In this document: positions 17,424-27,245 of the stretch, piece by piece
How the letters are laid out: each line of letters begins with the position of its first letter
How positions within the stretch are numbered: the stretch's first letter is position 1
Program-made: the position numbers and the translations under genes
Origin: Ferroglobus placidus DSM 10642
GTDB taxonomy: Archaea; Halobacteriota; Archaeoglobi; Archaeoglobales; Archaeoglobaceae
Direction of reading: 5' to 3'
Assembly (NCBI RefSeq): GCF_000025505.1
Contig: NC_013849.1
Coordinates: forward strand, 690,001-722,000
Length of the DNA stretch: 32,000 nt
Notes under the pieces: generated by a model
Database searches by the model: none
The model's input: only the letters and a program-made list of their open reading frames with translations
What the model was told of the DNA's origin: nothing

Positions 17424-17918
17424 CTACTTCAGCTGCTTTAAGTACTCTATCAGATCGTTCAAATCCTTTTCCGTCATCTGCCACCTCGGCATGCACCAGT
17501 TCAACTCCTCTCCCTCATCTCCAATCCCAGAAGTTATAGCTCTCTTTACGTCCTCTTCGCTCATTCCGTGTTCTCCGGAGAGGGTGGAATACCTTATATC
17601 CGGAGTTTTTACACCACACATCATCGGGTAAATTCCTCCCTTCCCGTCAACACCGTGACAGCTCGCACAACCTCCTCCGTGCATCTGAAGCCAAGTTGGT
17701 CCGCCAACAAAAGGTATTCTTTCACCTTTTTCGTTAACTCCGGTGAGAAAAATTTTCTCTCCGTTCGACCTATACTCTCCCACCGGCTGATAGATATTCC
17801 TGTCTCCAAACTGCATGTAGGGCGTTCCACCAAACCAAAACACGTTAGCAGCGATAAATCCCGCGGCAAAAGCTGCTATCGCGACCGCGACAACGATTAT
17901 CGTTTCTCTTGTTTTCAT
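17424..17918 (-). CDS. Membrane-anchored monoheme c-type cytochrome
   Basis: N-terminal anchor MKTRETIIVVAVAIAAFAAGF, heme motif CASCHG, distal MPRW. The ATG at 17918 is preferred over the track start 18002, which overlaps the upstream gene. Confidence 0.88.
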   Translation of the reverse strand: MKTRETIIVVAVAIAAFAAGFIAANVFWFGGTPYMQFGDRNIYQPVGEYRSNGEKIFLTGVNEKGERIPFVGGPTWLQMHGGGCASCHGVDGKGGIYPMMCGVKTPDIRYSTLSGEHGMSEEDVKRAITSGIGDEGEELNWCMPRWQMTEKDLNDLIEYLKQLK

Positions 17919-17944
17919 AAATGTTTCTTTTTTACAAAAACTAC

Positions 17945-18454
17945 TTAACGTTTTCCCATATTCAAACAAACATGCCTGAAAGAGCACAATTTTGCAGAGC
18001 ATTTCCTGGGAAAATCCGGCTTGTTTTCAAGAAACCAGCTGAAGTACTCCAGACTTTTTTCGTAAAGTTCCTCATCAAACTCAAAAGACTTCATTTGGGC
18101 TCCGTCTCCGTGAAATTTAACGAGAATACCTTTCTCAACATCGAATATTTTCATGTAGAGATTTAGCTGAGCGATCCACTCAATCGGAAAATTCCTCGAA
18201 GAATTCTTCACCTCTATGACGCACTTCTCCGTTAAAAAATCCGCCTTTCCGACCACAGAAAAGTTTTCAAGCTCCATTTTGCCTTTAGGTTGCTTAACGT
18301 ATTTAACTCCGACTAATTTCAAAAACTCCTCAAACTTCCTTTCAGCCTCAAAACCCTTCCTAACGACCTTCGAAGGAGCTTCGAGCTCCGGATAGTTCAT
18401 TTTGAGGTAAACCCACACCCTGCACCTGAAAACCCAAGAGGCGAAAAATTCCAT
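17945..18454 (-). CDS. Cas4-like PD-(D/E)XK nuclease with Cys ligands, stand-alone
   Basis: RCRVWVYLKM, GKADFLTEKCVIEVKN (GxxD...ExK), AQLNLYM, C-terminal KCSAKLCSFRHVC. Confidence 0.8.
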   Translation of the reverse strand: MEFFASWVFRCRVWVYLKMNYPELEAPSKVVRKGFEAERKFEEFLKLVGVKYVKQPKGKMELENFSVVGKADFLTEKCVIEVKNSSRNFPIEWIAQLNLYMKIFDVEKGILVKFHGDGAQMKSFEFDEELYEKSLEYFSWFLENKPDFPRKCSAKLCSFRHVCLNMGKR

Positions 18455-18522
18455 AGGGAAGGGAGTGAGAAGCTGAAGATAAGCTTCCTCCGCATTCTGG
18501 AAGTATTGAAAAGAAGAAGATA

Positions 18523-19923
18523 TTACTCTTCTTTTTTTATAAATTCGTCGTGAAGAACTTTTACAGCCTTTCTTCCTTCGTTTTTGCTCACGGCAAAACT
18601 GATATTGTATTCGCTGCAGCTCTGACTTATCATCCTAACGTTTATCCTATTTCTTCCGAGGGTGGAGAAAATTCTACCAGCCACTCCGGGAGTTCCAGCC
18701 ATTCCAGCCCCTACAGCGCTTATCACAGCAACGTCTCTTATCCCCTCCACCTTTATCGAACCGTTCTCGATCTTTTTCAGAGCTTTCATAGCCTTATCGT
18801 AATCTGAATCGTCTATAACTATGGAAAGGTTTAGCTCAGAGGAGCTCTGAGCCACCATGACAACGTTCACCTTATTTTCTGCCAGAATCCTGAAAACTTC
18901 CGTCATTATCTCGGCAAAATCGAATCCAGCTCCGCTGATGTTGACTATCGATACCTTCTCTATTAAGCTCAGAGCTTTAACAACGTCTTTAGTCGAGGTA
19001 ATTCCGTCCCTTATCACGGTTCCCTCCGCTTCTGGATTGAAAGTGTTCTTTATTCTCACGGGAATCTTTCTCTTCATCACCGGCTCAATCGCCCTCGGAT
19101 GCAAAATCTTAGCTCCGAAATGGGACAACTCCATAGCCTCCTGATAACTCAGCTCCGGAATTAGCTTAGCTTCGGGAACTATTTTCGGATCTGTCGTCAT
19201 TACTCCGTCAACTTCCTTCCACAGCCAAACCTCATCAGCATCGATTGCTGCAGCTATCAGAGTGGCTGTTAAGTCGCTCCCCCCTCTTCCGAGGGTTGTA
19301 ATGTTCCCGTCTTTAGTTACACCTATGAAGCCTGTAACAACCGGAACCAACTTCTTTATAGAGATTAGAGGTTCTATTCTGCTTTTTATTAAGCTGTAAA
19401 CTTCCGGGAGGGGTTTTGCTCTTCCGTAGTTAGAATCCGTAACAATTCCCGCATCCCCACCAGTTAGAGCTACGCTGTCCACGCCGAGCGAGATGAGAGA
19501 AGCGGAAAAAATGGGAGCGAGAAGCCTTTCTCCGAAAGAGAGAATGTAGTCCTCGCTCCTCTTCGTCAGCTCACCAAGATAGCTTATCCCGAGGAGGATC
19601 TTTTCAAGCTCGTCTAAAAGGTTGTCTATCCTGTTTATGACCTTCTCTTTAATTCTCTTATCCTTAACAGCCGTCTCGATGGCGTCGTAATGTCTCTTTG
19701 CAAGCTCGGCTATAAACAGCTTTATAAAACCGTGAGAAGCTTCTTTATAGCATTTGTGGGCAGCGTGAAGCAAAGAATCGGTAACCCCTTGCATAGCCGA
19801 GACAACGACGACTACCTCGTTATCTTTAGCATACTTCTTTACGAGGTTCGCGCAGTGGAGAATGTTTTCTCCATCCTTTACGCTGACTCCACCGAACTTC
19901 ATTACAATTCTCATTCTCCACAA
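18523..19923 (-). CDS. lysC: Aspartate kinase
   Basis: MKFGGVSVKDGENI, TGFIGVTKDGNITTLGRGGSDLTA, C-terminal tandem ACT-like domains. Confidence 0.95.
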   Translation of the reverse strand: MWRMRIVMKFGGVSVKDGENILHCANLVKKYAKDNEVVVVVSAMQGVTDSLLHAAHKCYKEASHGFIKLFIAELAKRHYDAIETAVKDKRIKEKVINRIDNLLDELEKILLGISYLGELTKRSEDYILSFGERLLAPIFSASLISLGVDSVALTGGDAGIVTDSNYGRAKPLPEVYSLIKSRIEPLISIKKLVPVVTGFIGVTKDGNITTLGRGGSDLTATLIAAAIDADEVWLWKEVDGVMTTDPKIVPEAKLIPELSYQEAMELSHFGAKILHPRAIEPVMKRKIPVRIKNTFNPEAEGTVIRDGITSTKDVVKALSLIEKVSIVNISGAGFDFAEIMTEVFRILAENKVNVVMVAQSSSELNLSIVIDDSDYDKAMKALKKIENGSIKVEGIRDVAVISAVGAGMAGTPGVAGRIFSTLGRNRINVRMISQSCSEYNISFAVSKNEGRKAVKVLHDEFIKKEE

Positions 19924-20005
19924 AGCTTCAAATTAGGAAATATAAGCTTTGCTGAATTCTTCCAATGCCGAATGAACGCTTCTTGAGACTAACTCGAATA
20001 ATTTT

Positions 20006-20743
20006 TTAATCCTTAGCAGCCTCGATAATCTTCTCGATTTCGTTTCCATAGTAAGCGCTCACGAGGGCGAAAATTGAAAGAGAGCAAACCTCAATGATAT
20101 TGTAGATGGTAAAACCTTTAACCGAATGCATAGCTAAGGAAAAAAAGAAGAGCATGAAAGAAGCGGAGACTCCTACAAAAACATCAGTTGTGTGAGGGGA
20201 GATAACTATACTTCCCTTCCTTATTAACTCGCTGTAGCTTCTAAACCTTACTGCTATGAACACGAAAAGAGGTAAAAACGCAAGAAAAATTACGTCGAAG
20301 AAGAAATTCAACTTCGAGCTAACCAAACCTTTCATGTGATCTGCAGCTATTAGAATTACCGCCACGTAAAGCAGAGTTATCCCGAACTTTCCGTAAAAAA
20401 CTGAACTGTCAAGCACAAAGATTTCGTCCTTGTTTTTAGCCAGTACTCTAATTGTAGCAATTAACAAGGCAATTGCAAAAAGTCCGGCTACGATGTTTGC
20501 CAAGCTTACGACACTTTCAGAATCTACTCCAAAAACAAGCGAAAGGAACTCAAACGATTCAACAATACTAATAAAAGCGAAAACTAAAGCGAGCATTGTC
20601 AGATACTTGCTCAGCGAAATCCAGGATTTGACAGCAAGCCTCATCTTTTCTATTTCTCCCGTTCCCGAGAGGTAGAGTAGAAGAAGAGAAGATAAAAGTC
20701 CCAAAGCTGCTACCACGCTTTCAACAACATTAATTATTATCAT
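20006..20743 (-). CDS. Conserved membrane protein, unknown function
   Basis: 245 aa with about 6-7 hydrophobic helices. Confidence 0.65.
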   Translation of the reverse strand: MIIINVVESVVAALGLLSSLLLLYLSGTGEIEKMRLAVKSWISLSKYLTMLALVFAFISIVESFEFLSLVFGVDSESVVSLANIVAGLFAIALLIATIRVLAKNKDEIFVLDSSVFYGKFGITLLYVAVILIAADHMKGLVSSKLNFFFDVIFLAFLPLFVFIAVRFRSYSELIRKGSIVISPHTTDVFVGVSASFMLFFFSLAMHSVKGFTIYNIIEVCSLSIFALVSAYYGNEIEKIIEAAKD

Positions 20744-20812
20744 TAGTTATACACTGTTAACATCCAAATATATAAGGTTTTACCTCATTATAAAGTTTAT
20801 AGGAAAAAAGGT

Positions 20813-20870
20813 TCGATCAGAGCCAGTGGCGTCATCACCGCTCAGACAAGGCTGAATTCATCATCTCAAG
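20813..20870 (-). ncRNA. C/D-box (2'-O-methylation guide) sRNA
   Basis: Minus strand: ATGATGA (C, 20864-20858) - ATTCAGCCTTGT - CTGA (D', 20845-20842) - GCG - GTGATGA (C', 20838-20832) - CGCCACTGGCT - CTGA (D, 20820-20817). Minus-strand TATA-like GTTATATT at about 20891-20898. Confidence 0.85.
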
Positions 20871-20947
20871 AAAGTTTAAAGATCGAAGGAATATAACGCT
20901 ATCGCTTCGAGAAAAATATTATAATCTGCCGGCGGAACTTCCGTTGT

Positions 20948-21499
20948 ATGGTCAAGATTTACGTCGTCTACAACTACGGGCAGTACAATCACCTCATCCA
21001 CAGAACTCTAAGAGACTTGGGAGTCGAAACCAAACTGATTCAAAACACAACTCCAGTAGAGGAAATCGACGCTGACGGACTTGTTTTAGGAGGAGGTCCG
21101 TCTTTGGAGAGAACTGGCAATTGCGAGGAGTACGTGAGAAAACTCGACATACCGATTCTCGGCATATGCCTCGGACATCAGCTCATAGCAAAAGTTTTCG
21201 GAGGAGAAGTGGGAAGAGGAAAAACTGGTGGTTATGCGGAAGTAGAGGTTGAGATAGTGGATAAAGATGAGCTGTTCGAAGGTTTTCCGGAGAGGATAAA
21301 AGTTTGGGCAAGCCACATGGACGAGGTTAAAAAGCTGCCGAAAGACTTCAAAGTTCTTGCGAAGTCTGATATATGCGAAATAGAGGCGATGAGACACAAA
21401 AAGAAGCCTATATTTGGCGTGCAGTGGCACCCGGAAGTTTACCACTCGGAGTACGGAGTAGAACTCTACAAAAACTTCGTTGAGATCTGCAAAAGATGA
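20948..21499 (+). CDS. guaAA: GMP synthase subunit A (glutamine amidotransferase)
   Basis: [30 protein letters not shown]; 183 aa. Confidence 0.95.
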   Translation: MVKIYVVYNYGQYNHLIHRTLRDLGVETKLIQNTTPVEEIDADGLVLGGGPSLERTGNCEEYVRKLDIPILGICLGHQLIAKVFGGEVGRGKTGGYAEVEVEIVDKDELFEGFPERIKVWASHMDEVKKLPKDFKVLAKSDICEIEAMRHKKKPIFGVQWHPEVYHSEYGVELYKNFVEICKR

Positions 21500-22068
21500 G
21501 GAAGACGACAATATTCTCGATAACTCTGCTACCGATGATGATCGCTTCCGGCATGATGTACTCGGTTCTGCCGATTTACATAGCCGAAGAACTCGGAGCG
21601 ACGAAAACCCAAGTTGGTTCTCTATTCACCCTCGGAGCCATGAGCGGTGCGGTCGCAGCATACATCTCTGGGAGAATAGCCGATAAATACGGAAGAAAAC
21701 CGCTCATTCTAATTTCCCAGATGAGCTTCGCAGCAGTCATGCTGCTTTATTCTTTAATCTCCGATGTCATTTTCGCTTACCCAATCCACCTCATCGAAGG
21801 AGTGGCTTGGAGCACTCTTGGCGTTAGCGCTCCAACGCTTATAGCCGATTTAACGAGAAAAGATGAAAGAGGAGAGGCAATGGGCGTGTATAATTCAACT
21901 TGGAGCGTTGGGTGGATGATCGGTCCGATCCTCGGAGGACTGCTCAGCGACCTATACGGCTTTAGGTTCATGCTCAGAGTGTCTTTCCTGACGATACTAA
22001 CTGGAACTGTCGCATCTTACATCGTTCTAAAAAGCATTAAAGAAGAAATTCGGGAATTTTCTGCTTAG
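21496..22068 (+). CDS. Half-length major facilitator superfamily protein (6 TM)
   Basis: Motif [28 protein letters not shown]; ORF ends after TM6 and overlaps the convergent lysA 3' end. Confidence 0.8.
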   Translation: MRKTTIFSITLLPMMIASGMMYSVLPIYIAEELGATKTQVGSLFTLGAMSGAVAAYISGRIADKYGRKPLILISQMSFAAVMLLYSLISDVIFAYPIHLIEGVAWSTLGVSAPTLIADLTRKDERGEAMGVYNSTWSVGWMIGPILGGLLSDLYGFRFMLRVSFLTILTGTVASYIVLKSIKEEIREFSA

Positions 22069-23296
22069 CAATTAAGTCTCCGAAACTCTCCTTTTCCCTT
22101 ATAACGTAAGCTTCGCTCCCCTTCACCAAAACTTCAGCGCACCTCGGTCTTCCGTTGTACTGACTGCTCATAACGAATCCGTAAGCTCCAGCGTCGAAAA
22201 CGGCAATTATGTCTCCCTTCTCAACCCTCGGAAGCTTTCTGTCTTCTCCGAGAACGTCCCCGCTTTCGCATATTGGTCCTACGACGGTGTAAACCTCTTC
22301 CTCCTCCCAGTCCATTTTGTTAGCCACAGCTATTTTGTGGTAAGCTCCGTACATAGCCGGACGAATTAGAAGGTTGAATCCGGCATCCACAGCCACAAAA
22401 TTCTTGTAAGCTCTCTTAACGGCATTTACTCTCGTTAAGAGAATTGTGGTGTTTCCGACCAAGCTTCTTCCCGGCTCAAGCCACAGCTCCGGATTCGAAT
22501 CGAGTCTGCTCTTTCTCTCCTCGTAAACCGGCTTTAGGGCGTTAGCCAAGTCTTCGGGAGTTGGAACACCTTTTCCTTCGTAATCTATCCCCAAACCTCC
22601 CCCTACGTCCACGAATTTTAAATCAATTCCAAGCTCCTCGACTCTCTCTGCGAGATCGAAGATCTTGTTTACAGCCTCAACGAAAGGAGAGATTTCGGTT
22701 ATCTGACTTCCTATGTGGCAGTGAATTCCGATCGGAACAACGTTCGGAAGCTCTAAAGCGAGCCGGTAAGTTTCAACAACCTGCTCAGCGGGAATTCCAA
22801 ACTTTGACTTCTTCAATCCGGTAGCTATCTTCGGATGAGTTTTCGGGTCTATGTCAGGATTTACTCTAAAAGCTATCTCAACTTCCTCTCCCATCTCAGA
22901 TGCAATTTCAGAGATCGTGTAAAGCTCGTCAACGCTGTCTACGCTAAACTTCACCCCAGACTCTATCCCGGCTTTTATCTCCTCTTCGCTCTTCGAATTA
23001 CCGTTGAAAAGAATGAATTTTTTATCGAAGCCAGCTAAAAGGCTGAGATAAAGCTCCCCTTGGGAAAAAACGTCCGCTCCAAAATTTTCCTTCGCAATTA
23101 CCTTCATTATCGCCAAGTTGTTGTTGGCTTTTACCGCATAGAGAACTCTCGCCCAGTTAAAGGCTTTTTTGTAAGCCTCTATGTTCTCCTTAAGCTTTGC
23201 ATAGGACGTGACGTAGAGGGGAGTGCCGAAGCGTTCAACCAAATCTATAACGCTCAGCTCTTCAACGTGCAAAACTCCGTTTCTGCTCTCAAACAT
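22037..23296 (-). CDS. lysA: Diaminopimelate decarboxylase
   Basis: YAVKANNNLAIMKVI, DIGGGLGIDY-type VDVGGGLGIDYEG, GPICESGDVL, DAGAYGFVMSSQYN. Confidence 0.97.
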   Translation of the reverse strand: MFESRNGVLHVEELSVIDLVERFGTPLYVTSYAKLKENIEAYKKAFNWARVLYAVKANNNLAIMKVIAKENFGADVFSQGELYLSLLAGFDKKFILFNGNSKSEEEIKAGIESGVKFSVDSVDELYTISEIASEMGEEVEIAFRVNPDIDPKTHPKIATGLKKSKFGIPAEQVVETYRLALELPNVVPIGIHCHIGSQITEISPFVEAVNKIFDLAERVEELGIDLKFVDVGGGLGIDYEGKGVPTPEDLANALKPVYEERKSRLDSNPELWLEPGRSLVGNTTILLTRVNAVKRAYKNFVAVDAGFNLLIRPAMYGAYHKIAVANKMDWEEEEVYTVVGPICESGDVLGEDRKLPRVEKGDIIAVFDAGAYGFVMSSQYNGRPRCAEVLVKGSEAYVIREKESFGDLIAKQKIPEFLL

Positions 23297-24443
23297 TCAG
23301 CGCACTCTCCATTCTTTCCAACGCTTCTTTTATTCTTTCAACGCTCCTCGTCAGAGCAAACCTTACGTAACCTTCACCGTACTCTCCAAATCCAACTCCC
23401 GGAGTTACGAGAACTCCGGCTTTGTCGAGAAGGTTTTTCGCAAACTCTATGCTGCTACCGTTAACTCTAAGCCAGACGTAGAACGTTGCCTTTGGTTTTT
23501 CCACTTCAAAACCGAGTTTTCTCAATCCCTCAACGAGAACGTCTCTCCTCTCTTTGTAAACTCTGTTGTTCTCTTCTATAACGCTGTCATCCCCCCTCAA
23601 AGCCACTATAGCGGCATCCTGAATAGCCTGGAAAACTCCGCTATCAACGTTCGTCTTAACCTTCAACAACCCCTTAATAATTTCCTCGTTCCCCACAGCG
23701 TAGCCTATTCTCCAGCCGGTCATGTTGTACGTTTTGCTCAGCGATCCAAATTCTATCGTGCATTCGAAAGCGTCTTCGTATTCTAAAAAGCTCTTAGGTC
23801 TGTAATCGAAGGCAATTTCGCTGTAGGCGGCGTCGTGAGCGAGAATTATGTCGTTGTCTATGCAGAAGTCGACGCACTCCTTTATGAACTCCATTTCCGC
23901 AACAGCCGTTGTCGGGTTGTTAGGATAATTAAGAAAGAATATCTTTGCCTTCCTCGCCACTTCATCGGGGATACTTTCTAAATCCGGCAAAAATTCGTTT
24001 TCCTCCTTAAGCGGAACCTTATAAGGTCTACCTTCAGCCAGTATGGCTGAGGAATAGTAGACGGGATAACCCGGATCCGGAACGAGAACGACGTCTCCGG
24101 GATTTACGAAGGCTAAAGGAAGGTGAGCTATTCCCTCTTTCGAGCCTATCAAAGCTATAACCTGAGTTTCAGGATTCAAATCTACCTTCTTCCTCCTACC
24201 GTAAAATTCAGCTACAGCTTCCCTAAACTCGAGCTTTCCCTCGTAGCTCGGATACTTATGATTCTCCTCTTTTTCAACTGCTCTCTGCATCTCCTCTACT
24301 ATGTGCCGTGGAGTTGGTAAGTCCGGATCTCCGACTCCGAAGTCTATTACGTCAACTCCTTCCAAAACCTTCTTTCTCTTCATTTCGTCCAGTTCGGCAA
24401 ACAAATACGGAGGGAGAGCCTTGAGTCTGTTGGATAGCTCCAC
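23289..24443 (-). CDS. dapL: LL-diaminopimelate aminotransferase
   Basis: DVIDFGVGDPDLPTP, YPNNPT, SLSKTYNMTGWRIGYAVG; adjacent to and overlapping lysA. Confidence 0.88.
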   Translation of the reverse strand: MELSNRLKALPPYLFAELDEMKRKKVLEGVDVIDFGVGDPDLPTPRHIVEEMQRAVEKEENHKYPSYEGKLEFREAVAEFYGRRKKVDLNPETQVIALIGSKEGIAHLPLAFVNPGDVVLVPDPGYPVYYSSAILAEGRPYKVPLKEENEFLPDLESIPDEVARKAKIFFLNYPNNPTTAVAEMEFIKECVDFCIDNDIILAHDAAYSEIAFDYRPKSFLEYEDAFECTIEFGSLSKTYNMTGWRIGYAVGNEEIIKGLLKVKTNVDSGVFQAIQDAAIVALRGDDSVIEENNRVYKERRDVLVEGLRKLGFEVEKPKATFYVWLRVNGSSIEFAKNLLDKAGVLVTPGVGFGEYGEGYVRFALTRSVERIKEALERMESALNV

Positions 24444-24472
24444 TCGAACACCTCCTGAAAAGATCTTTTGGG

Positions 24473-25600
24473 TTATCCTCTCTCTTCGATAGGTATATAT
24501 TTTCTTCTAACCGGTCCCACGTACTTTGCACGAGGTCTTATGAGAGTGTTGTCCTTGTACTGTTCAATTATATGTGCCGTCCACCCCGCTATTCTTCCCA
24601 AAGCGAAAATGCAGATGAACATGTCATCCGGGATTCCGAGATTTGCGTAAACGCTTGCTGAGTAGAAGTCTACGTTCGGCAGCAATCCCTTATACTTCCT
24701 GACAGCTTCTTCTATAGCTTCGCTTATCTTGTACCACCTCGGGTCTTTGAGTTCGGCAAGCTTTTTCGCGAGAATCTTCAGTTCTATCGTTCTCGGATCC
24801 ACGACATTCTTGTAAACTCTGTGTCCGAATCCCATTATCCTCTCTCCTCTCTCAAGTTTCTCTTTTACGTAACTTTCAGCCCTCCAAGGCACAGCCACTT
24901 CCCTCAGCATCTCCATAACCTTCTGACTCGCTCCGCCGTGAAGCGGACCCATTAAAGTTCCCGTCGCTGCGACGACGCAAGCGTACATATCGGCGAGAGT
25001 TGAAGCTGCAACTCTTGCTGCAAAAGTAGAAGCGTTAAGCTCGTGATCCGCGTGGAGTATCAAATCGACGTCCAAAGCCCTCGCCTCAACCTCACTCGGA
25101 ATTTCCCCGTGAAGCATGTAGAGGAAGTTTTCCGCGTGGCTAAGCTCTTCGTTCGGATGGATGAGCTTCTGTCCGGTCCTTATTCTGTGGAAGTACGCCA
25201 CTATCGTCGGGAGCTTCGCTATTAAGTTCTTAGCCTTTTCCAGACTCTTTTCCTCGTCTATGTGATGTATGTACTTGTCCAAAGTGCCGAGATAGCTAAC
25301 CGAGGTTCTCAAAGCTACCATGGGGTGGCTGAAGGGAGAGAGGTTCGAAAGCAAGCCTATAACCTGCGGAGGTAGTTCTCTTCTTTCTTTCAACTCTTCG
25401 CTAAAAAGCTCCAGCTCACTTTTCGAAGGTAGCTCTCCGTAAAGGAGCAGATACGCTACTTCCTCGTAAGTGGAATATTTAGCCAGATCGTGGATGTTGT
25501 AGCCTCTGTACTCGAGAACAGCCTCTCCGTTCTCGATAACTATCCTGCTTATCTCGCTCTCGCAAACCACAACATCCTTCAAACCTTCCAGAACTTCCAT
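24473..25600 (-). CDS. gltA: Citrate synthase
   Basis: ILHADHELNASTFAARV, GTLMGPLHGGAS, GFGHRVYK. Confidence 0.96.
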   Translation of the reverse strand: MEVLEGLKDVVVCESEISRIVIENGEAVLEYRGYNIHDLAKYSTYEEVAYLLLYGELPSKSELELFSEELKERRELPPQVIGLLSNLSPFSHPMVALRTSVSYLGTLDKYIHHIDEEKSLEKAKNLIAKLPTIVAYFHRIRTGQKLIHPNEELSHAENFLYMLHGEIPSEVEARALDVDLILHADHELNASTFAARVAASTLADMYACVVAATGTLMGPLHGGASQKVMEMLREVAVPWRAESYVKEKLERGERIMGFGHRVYKNVVDPRTIELKILAKKLAELKDPRWYKISEAIEEAVRKYKGLLPNVDFYSASVYANLGIPDDMFICIFALGRIAGWTAHIIEQYKDNTLIRPRAKYVGPVRRKYIPIEERG

Positions 25601-25601
25601 A

Positions 25602-27113
25602 CTACATCACCTTGAAGGAAGGATACCTATCGAGGATCATTCCGGAAACAATAATTGGGAAGTCGCTTCTTGCGGTTTCTACCGCATTTTGAAGCTTCCA
25701 GTCTTTCTCAGCGTAAATCGTAAATAAAGGATCTCCTTTCTTGACGACCTCTCCCTTCTTTTTGTGAATGACAATTCCAGCACCCTTATCTTTTGGAGCT
25801 CCAGCTGCTCTCGCTATTTTGACTATCGCTTTATTCCTAACAGCCACCACAGCCCCTTCGAAAGAGGCAGTAAAGGTGTGCGTATTTTCCCCGACCATTA
25901 TCTCCTCCGACCTCCTTATTTCCCCTCCCTGAGCCTCAACGATTTCCAAGAACTTCTCGTGAGTTTTGCCTTTCATGAAGAGTTCCTTAGCGTACTCGTA
26001 ACCGTTCATAGCTATTCCAGCCATTTCGAAGAGAATCCCGGCTATTCCAAAGGATTTTTCGAGAAGGCTCGATGACCCCTTCCTCTCCTCCATGGCTTTT
26101 AAAGCTTCCTTAGCCTCTAAAGCTGGTCCTACAGCTCTTCCAATTGGCTGTCCGCCGTATGTTATCGCGCAAGTCACGTTTAGTCCAAGCCTTCTTCCCA
26201 GCTCGACAAAATCGCTCGAAAGCTCTCTTCCCCTCTTCATGTCGGATATCTTCGCTCCCTCACCTACGGGAATGTCTATGACAACATGCTTTGCACCGAC
26301 GGCTCCCTTCTTAGCCATAACGCTTGCTAAAAGCTGTGGTTTGGGATCGAGCGAAAGGGGATACTCCACCCTGATTATCTTATCGTCAGCAGGAGCTATG
26401 TTAGTGGCACCACCCCAAGCGATGACTCCGCCAACTCTTTCCGTTATCTCCTTTATCTCCTCAACGCTCAGATTCACGTTCGCTAAAACTTCCATTGTAT
26501 CAGCCGTGCCGCTTGCAGAAGTTATGGCTCTGCTTGCGGTTTTTGGAATCAGCAAGCCAGCGGAAGCTACCGTCGGAACTATGATAAGGCTGATCTTGTT
26601 GCCGGGAACGCCGCCAATGCTGTGCTTATCGACGACTATTCCTTTCTCGAAGCTTATCGTCTCCCCAGTTTCTATCATAGCTCTCGTCATCCATTCGATC
26701 TCGTCGAAGTCCATCCCTACGAGGTAATTCGAGACGACGAAAGCCGTAAGCTCTATCTCGCTTAAACTGTTGTTTACGATGTCTTCGATTATTTCGTAAA
26801 TCTCGTCCTTCGATAACTTTTTCCCAGAAAGTTTTTTCCTTATGTACTCAACGCTCTTCGGGCGGGAAATCGGAAAAGCTTTGATTTCCTCACCATCTTT
26901 AACTTTAAGCTCCTCAGCAATATTTATCGGAATTCCGATTTCTCCCCTCGCTACTATCTGCGAAGGCTGAGGGAAGATCGTTATGGACTTGCTTCCCTTT
27001 ACAAGCTTTAATCTATCTCCGTGAATTATTCCAATCTCCTTTAAATCTTCTTCATTGGCAAACCCGTAGAATTCGTTCATCTTCACCGGAATAAGTCTGA
27101 CTTTAAAGATCAT
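25602..27113 (-). CDS. deoA: AMP phosphorylase (archaeal thymidine phosphorylase homolog)
   Basis: 503 aa; VDKHSIGGVPGNKISLIIVPTVASAGLLIPKTASRAITSASGTADTMEV; upstream TATA ctttatatacg. Confidence 0.95.
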   Translation of the reverse strand: MIFKVRLIPVKMNEFYGFANEEDLKEIGIIHGDRLKLVKGSKSITIFPQPSQIVARGEIGIPINIAEELKVKDGEEIKAFPISRPKSVEYIRKKLSGKKLSKDEIYEIIEDIVNNSLSEIELTAFVVSNYLVGMDFDEIEWMTRAMIETGETISFEKGIVVDKHSIGGVPGNKISLIIVPTVASAGLLIPKTASRAITSASGTADTMEVLANVNLSVEEIKEITERVGGVIAWGGATNIAPADDKIIRVEYPLSLDPKPQLLASVMAKKGAVGAKHVVIDIPVGEGAKISDMKRGRELSSDFVELGRRLGLNVTCAITYGGQPIGRAVGPALEAKEALKAMEERKGSSSLLEKSFGIAGILFEMAGIAMNGYEYAKELFMKGKTHEKFLEIVEAQGGEIRRSEEIMVGENTHTFTASFEGAVVAVRNKAIVKIARAAGAPKDKGAGIVIHKKKGEVVKKGDPLFTIYAEKDWKLQNAVETARSDFPIIVSGMILDRYPSFKVM

Positions 27114-27245
27114 TTAGAGAGACTCTGGCGAAGCGTATATAAAGGTTGCTGTTGGTATTAAAACGCATACGAATTTTTTCGGATTGTGAGAAAAATATAA
27201 ATACTGGCAAAATTCTATTTCCGTTTAAAAAAGGAGGGAAAAATA

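Noticed and set aside
17919-18002. N-terminal extension of the cytochrome ORF (MLCKIVLFQACLFEYGKTL...)
   Set aside because: It overlaps the Cas4-like gene and precedes a much better signal-anchor start at 17918.
18488-18520. Hairpin aagaagaagatattactcttctttttttat
   Set aside because: T-run faces the plus strand, but both neighbouring genes are on the minus strand; probably AT-rich chance, no function assignable.
22561-23786. Plus-strand ORFs (87, 67, 134 and 187 aa) opposite lysA and dapL
   Set aside because: Shadow ORFs of strongly supported genes; no RBS or motif support.
25764-26727. Long plus-strand ORFs (103 and 211 aa) opposite the AMP phosphorylase gene
   Set aside because: Antisense shadow ORFs of a well-supported gene, with compositionally odd Ser/Pro-rich translations and no recognisable domain.
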